Assembly (NCBI RefSeq): GCF_030028105.1
Contig: NC_092387.1
Span: forward strand, 8,337,305-8,401,304
Source: Mobula birostris
Lineage: Eukaryota
Direction: 5' to 3'
DNA length: 64,000 nucleotides
Made by a program: the position numbers and the translations under genes. Below are positions 61,321 through 64,000 of this stretch, piece by piece (the stretch's first letter is position 1; each line of letters opens with the position of its first letter). Under the pieces are notes generated by a model that was not told the origin of the DNA, did not search any database, and saw nothing but the letters and a program-made list of their open reading frames with translations.

Positions 61321-61502
61321 GTAAACCATTCCCCCAGTTTCACCACTGATTCCAGGCTGGACAGAGAGGTGAAGGATAATCTTCTGTATGATACAATTTG
61401 TCTGATAAACCTTGGAGCAAACAACAAGCAAAAGGTGACTGAGGAAGAGAGGCGCAGGGTGCAAGAGCGCCTGTGGCAGCGTCACTCAACTCGTGAATCA
61501 AG
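61321..61502 (+). CDS. TTLL13: TTLL13-like coding exon 9 (VNHSPSFTTDSRLDREVKD..RESR); gene continues beyond the window
   Basis: Completes the E-x-N catalytic motif (LLE|VNHSPS); tttccag| and AG|GTAGCA; 182 nt. Confidence 0.95.
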
Positions 61503-62004
61503 GTAGCAAATCTGGAGTCCAGTGGGACACGCCCCCAGCTTCTTTCAACAACTAGGGGTAAAGTCAAAAGTTGAGAGACTTAGGGGTCCAAGTCTTTAGT
61601 TCCCTGACAGTGGTAACATGGGTGGATACTGTGGTGAAGGAATATAGTATGCTTGCCTAAAGATGTGTACACTTGTCTACATATAAAGTAAGAGGTAGAA
61701 TGTTAATTCTGAAGTAAATTTATCATCACCATATACTACCCTGAGATCCATGTTCTTTCAGGCATTCACAGTAAATACAAAGAAACACAAGAGAATCATT
61801 GATAAAACTGCAGACAACAAAGTTGGACAAGCAACCCAATGTGCAAAAGACAACAAACTTTGCAAATACAAAAAGAAAATATAATTAATAAATAATGACA
61901 ACAAGAGTCCTTGAAAGTGCATCCATAGGCTGTGAAATCATTTCAGTGTTGAGTTGAGTGAAGTTATCCATGCTGTCTCAAGAGCCTGATGGTTGCAGGG
62001 TAAT

Positions 62005-62870
62005 AAGAACATAAGAAATAGGAGCAGGAGTAGACTACCTGGCCTGTCAAGCCTGCTCCGCCATTCAATAAGATCAAGGCTGATCTGGCCATGGACTCAT
62101 CTCCACCTACCTGCCTTTTCCCCATAACCTTTAATTGCCTTTCTATGCAAAAATCGATCCAACCTTGTCTTAAATATATTTACTGAGGGAGCCTCCACTG
62201 CTTCACTGGGCAGAGAATTCCACAGATTCACCACTCTCTAGGAAAAGTAGTTCCTTGCCATCCCTGTCCTAAATCTACTCCCCCAAATCTTGAGGCTAGT
62301 TCTAGTTTCTAGTTTCACCTACCAGTGGAAACAACTTTCCTGCCTCTATTTTATCTATCATAATTTTATATATTTCTATAAGATCTTCTCTCATTCTTCT
62401 GATTTCCAGTGTGTACAGCCCCAGGCGACTCAATCTCTCCTCATAGTCTAAACTCCTCATCTCTGGAATCAACCTGGTGAACTTCCTCTGCACCGTCTCC
62501 AAAGCCAGTATATCCTTCCTCAAGTAAGGAGACCAGAACTGCACACAGTACTCCAGGTGCGGCCTCACCAGTACTCTATACAGTTGCAGCACAACCTCCC
62601 TGCTGTTAAATTCAATCCCTCTAGGCCAACATTCCTTTTGCCTTCTTGATAGCCTGCTACACCTGCAAACCAACCTTTTGTGATTCATGCACAAGCGCTC
62701 CCAAGTCCCTCTGCACAGCAGCATGCTGCAATCTTTTGCCATTTAAGTAAAAATCTGTTCTTTCAATTTTCCTTCCAAAGTGGACGGCTTTGCATTTACC
62801 AACATTGTTCTCCATCTGCCAGACCCTGGCCCACTCACTTAACCTAACTATATCTCTATGCAGACTCTCC
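62005..62870 (-). mobile_element. CR1 LINE 3' fragment
   Basis: [26 protein letters not shown]; tail at 62005. Confidence 0.9.
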
Positions 62871-64000
62871 TTATCTTGTAATAACCGTTCCTGAACCTAA
62901 GGATCCTGAATATCCTTCCTGATGGCAGCAGCCATCATGTCACGTTGCAACTTCACCAAACATTGTTTAGGCCACACTTGGAGTATTTTGAAAAGATGTG
63001 ACTTCTGTGGAGAGAGCGCAGAGGAGATTCACAGGCGATTGCCTGAACTGAAGGATGGTAGTTACAGGGTAAAATTAGATAGGCTGGATTGTTTTCCCAG
63101 GAGCAAAGGTAACTGATGTACCTGACAGAAGATTATGTGAGGCAGAGATAGTATTGGTGGACAAAATCTTTTTTCCATAGTTTTAAGGTGAGAGGCAGGA
63201 GATTTGGAGAGAATCTTGCAGGTAAGTTTTTACGTGGTGGCTGATATCTTGAACGCACTACTGAAGGAGGTGGTGGAATCTGATGCCATCCCCGTATTTA
63301 AGAACATAGAACAGTAGAGCACAGTACAGATCCTTCAGTTCACAATGTTGTGCCGACCTTTTCACCTACTCTAACCCCTCCCTCCCACCCTTCTCGTCCT
63401 ACGTTTTTCTTTCAACCATGTGCCAAAGTCTATAGTTCCCTGAAAGTAGCAAAACAAGTGGATAGGGTGGTGAAGGTATATGGCATGCTTGCCTTCGTAG
63501 CTCAGGGCATAGAGTGTAAGAGCTGAAATGTTCTGTTTAGGCCTCACGGTGTATTGCAGTCACCACACTAGAGCACATGTTTAAGGGACGTTTAGACAGC
63601 AAGATATAGGAAATGACCGTATGTAGGTAAATAGGGTTTATGTTGCTGAGCAAAGAAGATAGGATCTAGAGAGCCAAGACCCTGTTTCTGTGCTGTATAA
63701 CACTCTGATACTCCACTGGTGATAGATACCTTGGCTGTAAGCTCTGATATTTCTGAGCATTTCCTCTTTGCTCCTTGCTTGTTGGCTGACCTGAAACCCC
63801 ATGAAGAAATGTGAAATAAAATTTGATTTGGGATGTTTTGTAGTTTCAATGTCCAAAATGCCTTCCAACCACAAATTTTGAATTATAATTACTTCCGTAA
63901 TGTACATTGTTTGCGAGCCAGCTAGTCCAGGTCTTTCATAGTCCAGTATCTTTAGTCAAACACTGACCCTCACCCTGGAGGCAAAGTGTCCTGGGAAGGA

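Overview
Vertebrate nuclear DNA, most likely a cartilaginous fish (inferred from the mix of CR1, Rex1/Babar, Penelope and HE1-like V-SINE repeats). Three host genes sit in a dense, nested transposon landscape. (1) The 5' end of CIB1 on the minus strand: first coding exon MGVSASQLSKEQLTEYQ at 3738-3788, with a probable non-coding first exon in a CpG island at about 15.1-15.3 kb. (2) The complete single-exon GDPGP1 on the minus strand (23528-24652). (3) Nine in-phase coding exons of a TTLL13/TTLL6-type tubulin polyglutamylase on the plus strand (34521-61502, continuing past the window). Most of the remainder is mobile DNA: a full-length IR/DR Tc1 with an open DD34E transposase, a nearly intact CR1 inserted into a Gypsy pol gene, a two-LTR Gypsy provirus, Tigger/mariner/hAT-type MITEs, tRNA-headed and headless RTE-mobilised SINEs, Penelope derivatives and two minisatellites. 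The best leads are a recurrent minimal hammerhead-ribozyme motif in the Penelope-derived repeats, RFX X-boxes at all three promoters, modular SINEs whose target duplications share a motif, a junction-terminating CIB1 uORF, and an in-frame (GGGGCC)4 poly-GP tract in GDPGP1. I see no clearly new protein-coding system. Repeat family names come from motif recognition, not database searches, and repeat boundaries without TSD/TIR support are approximate.
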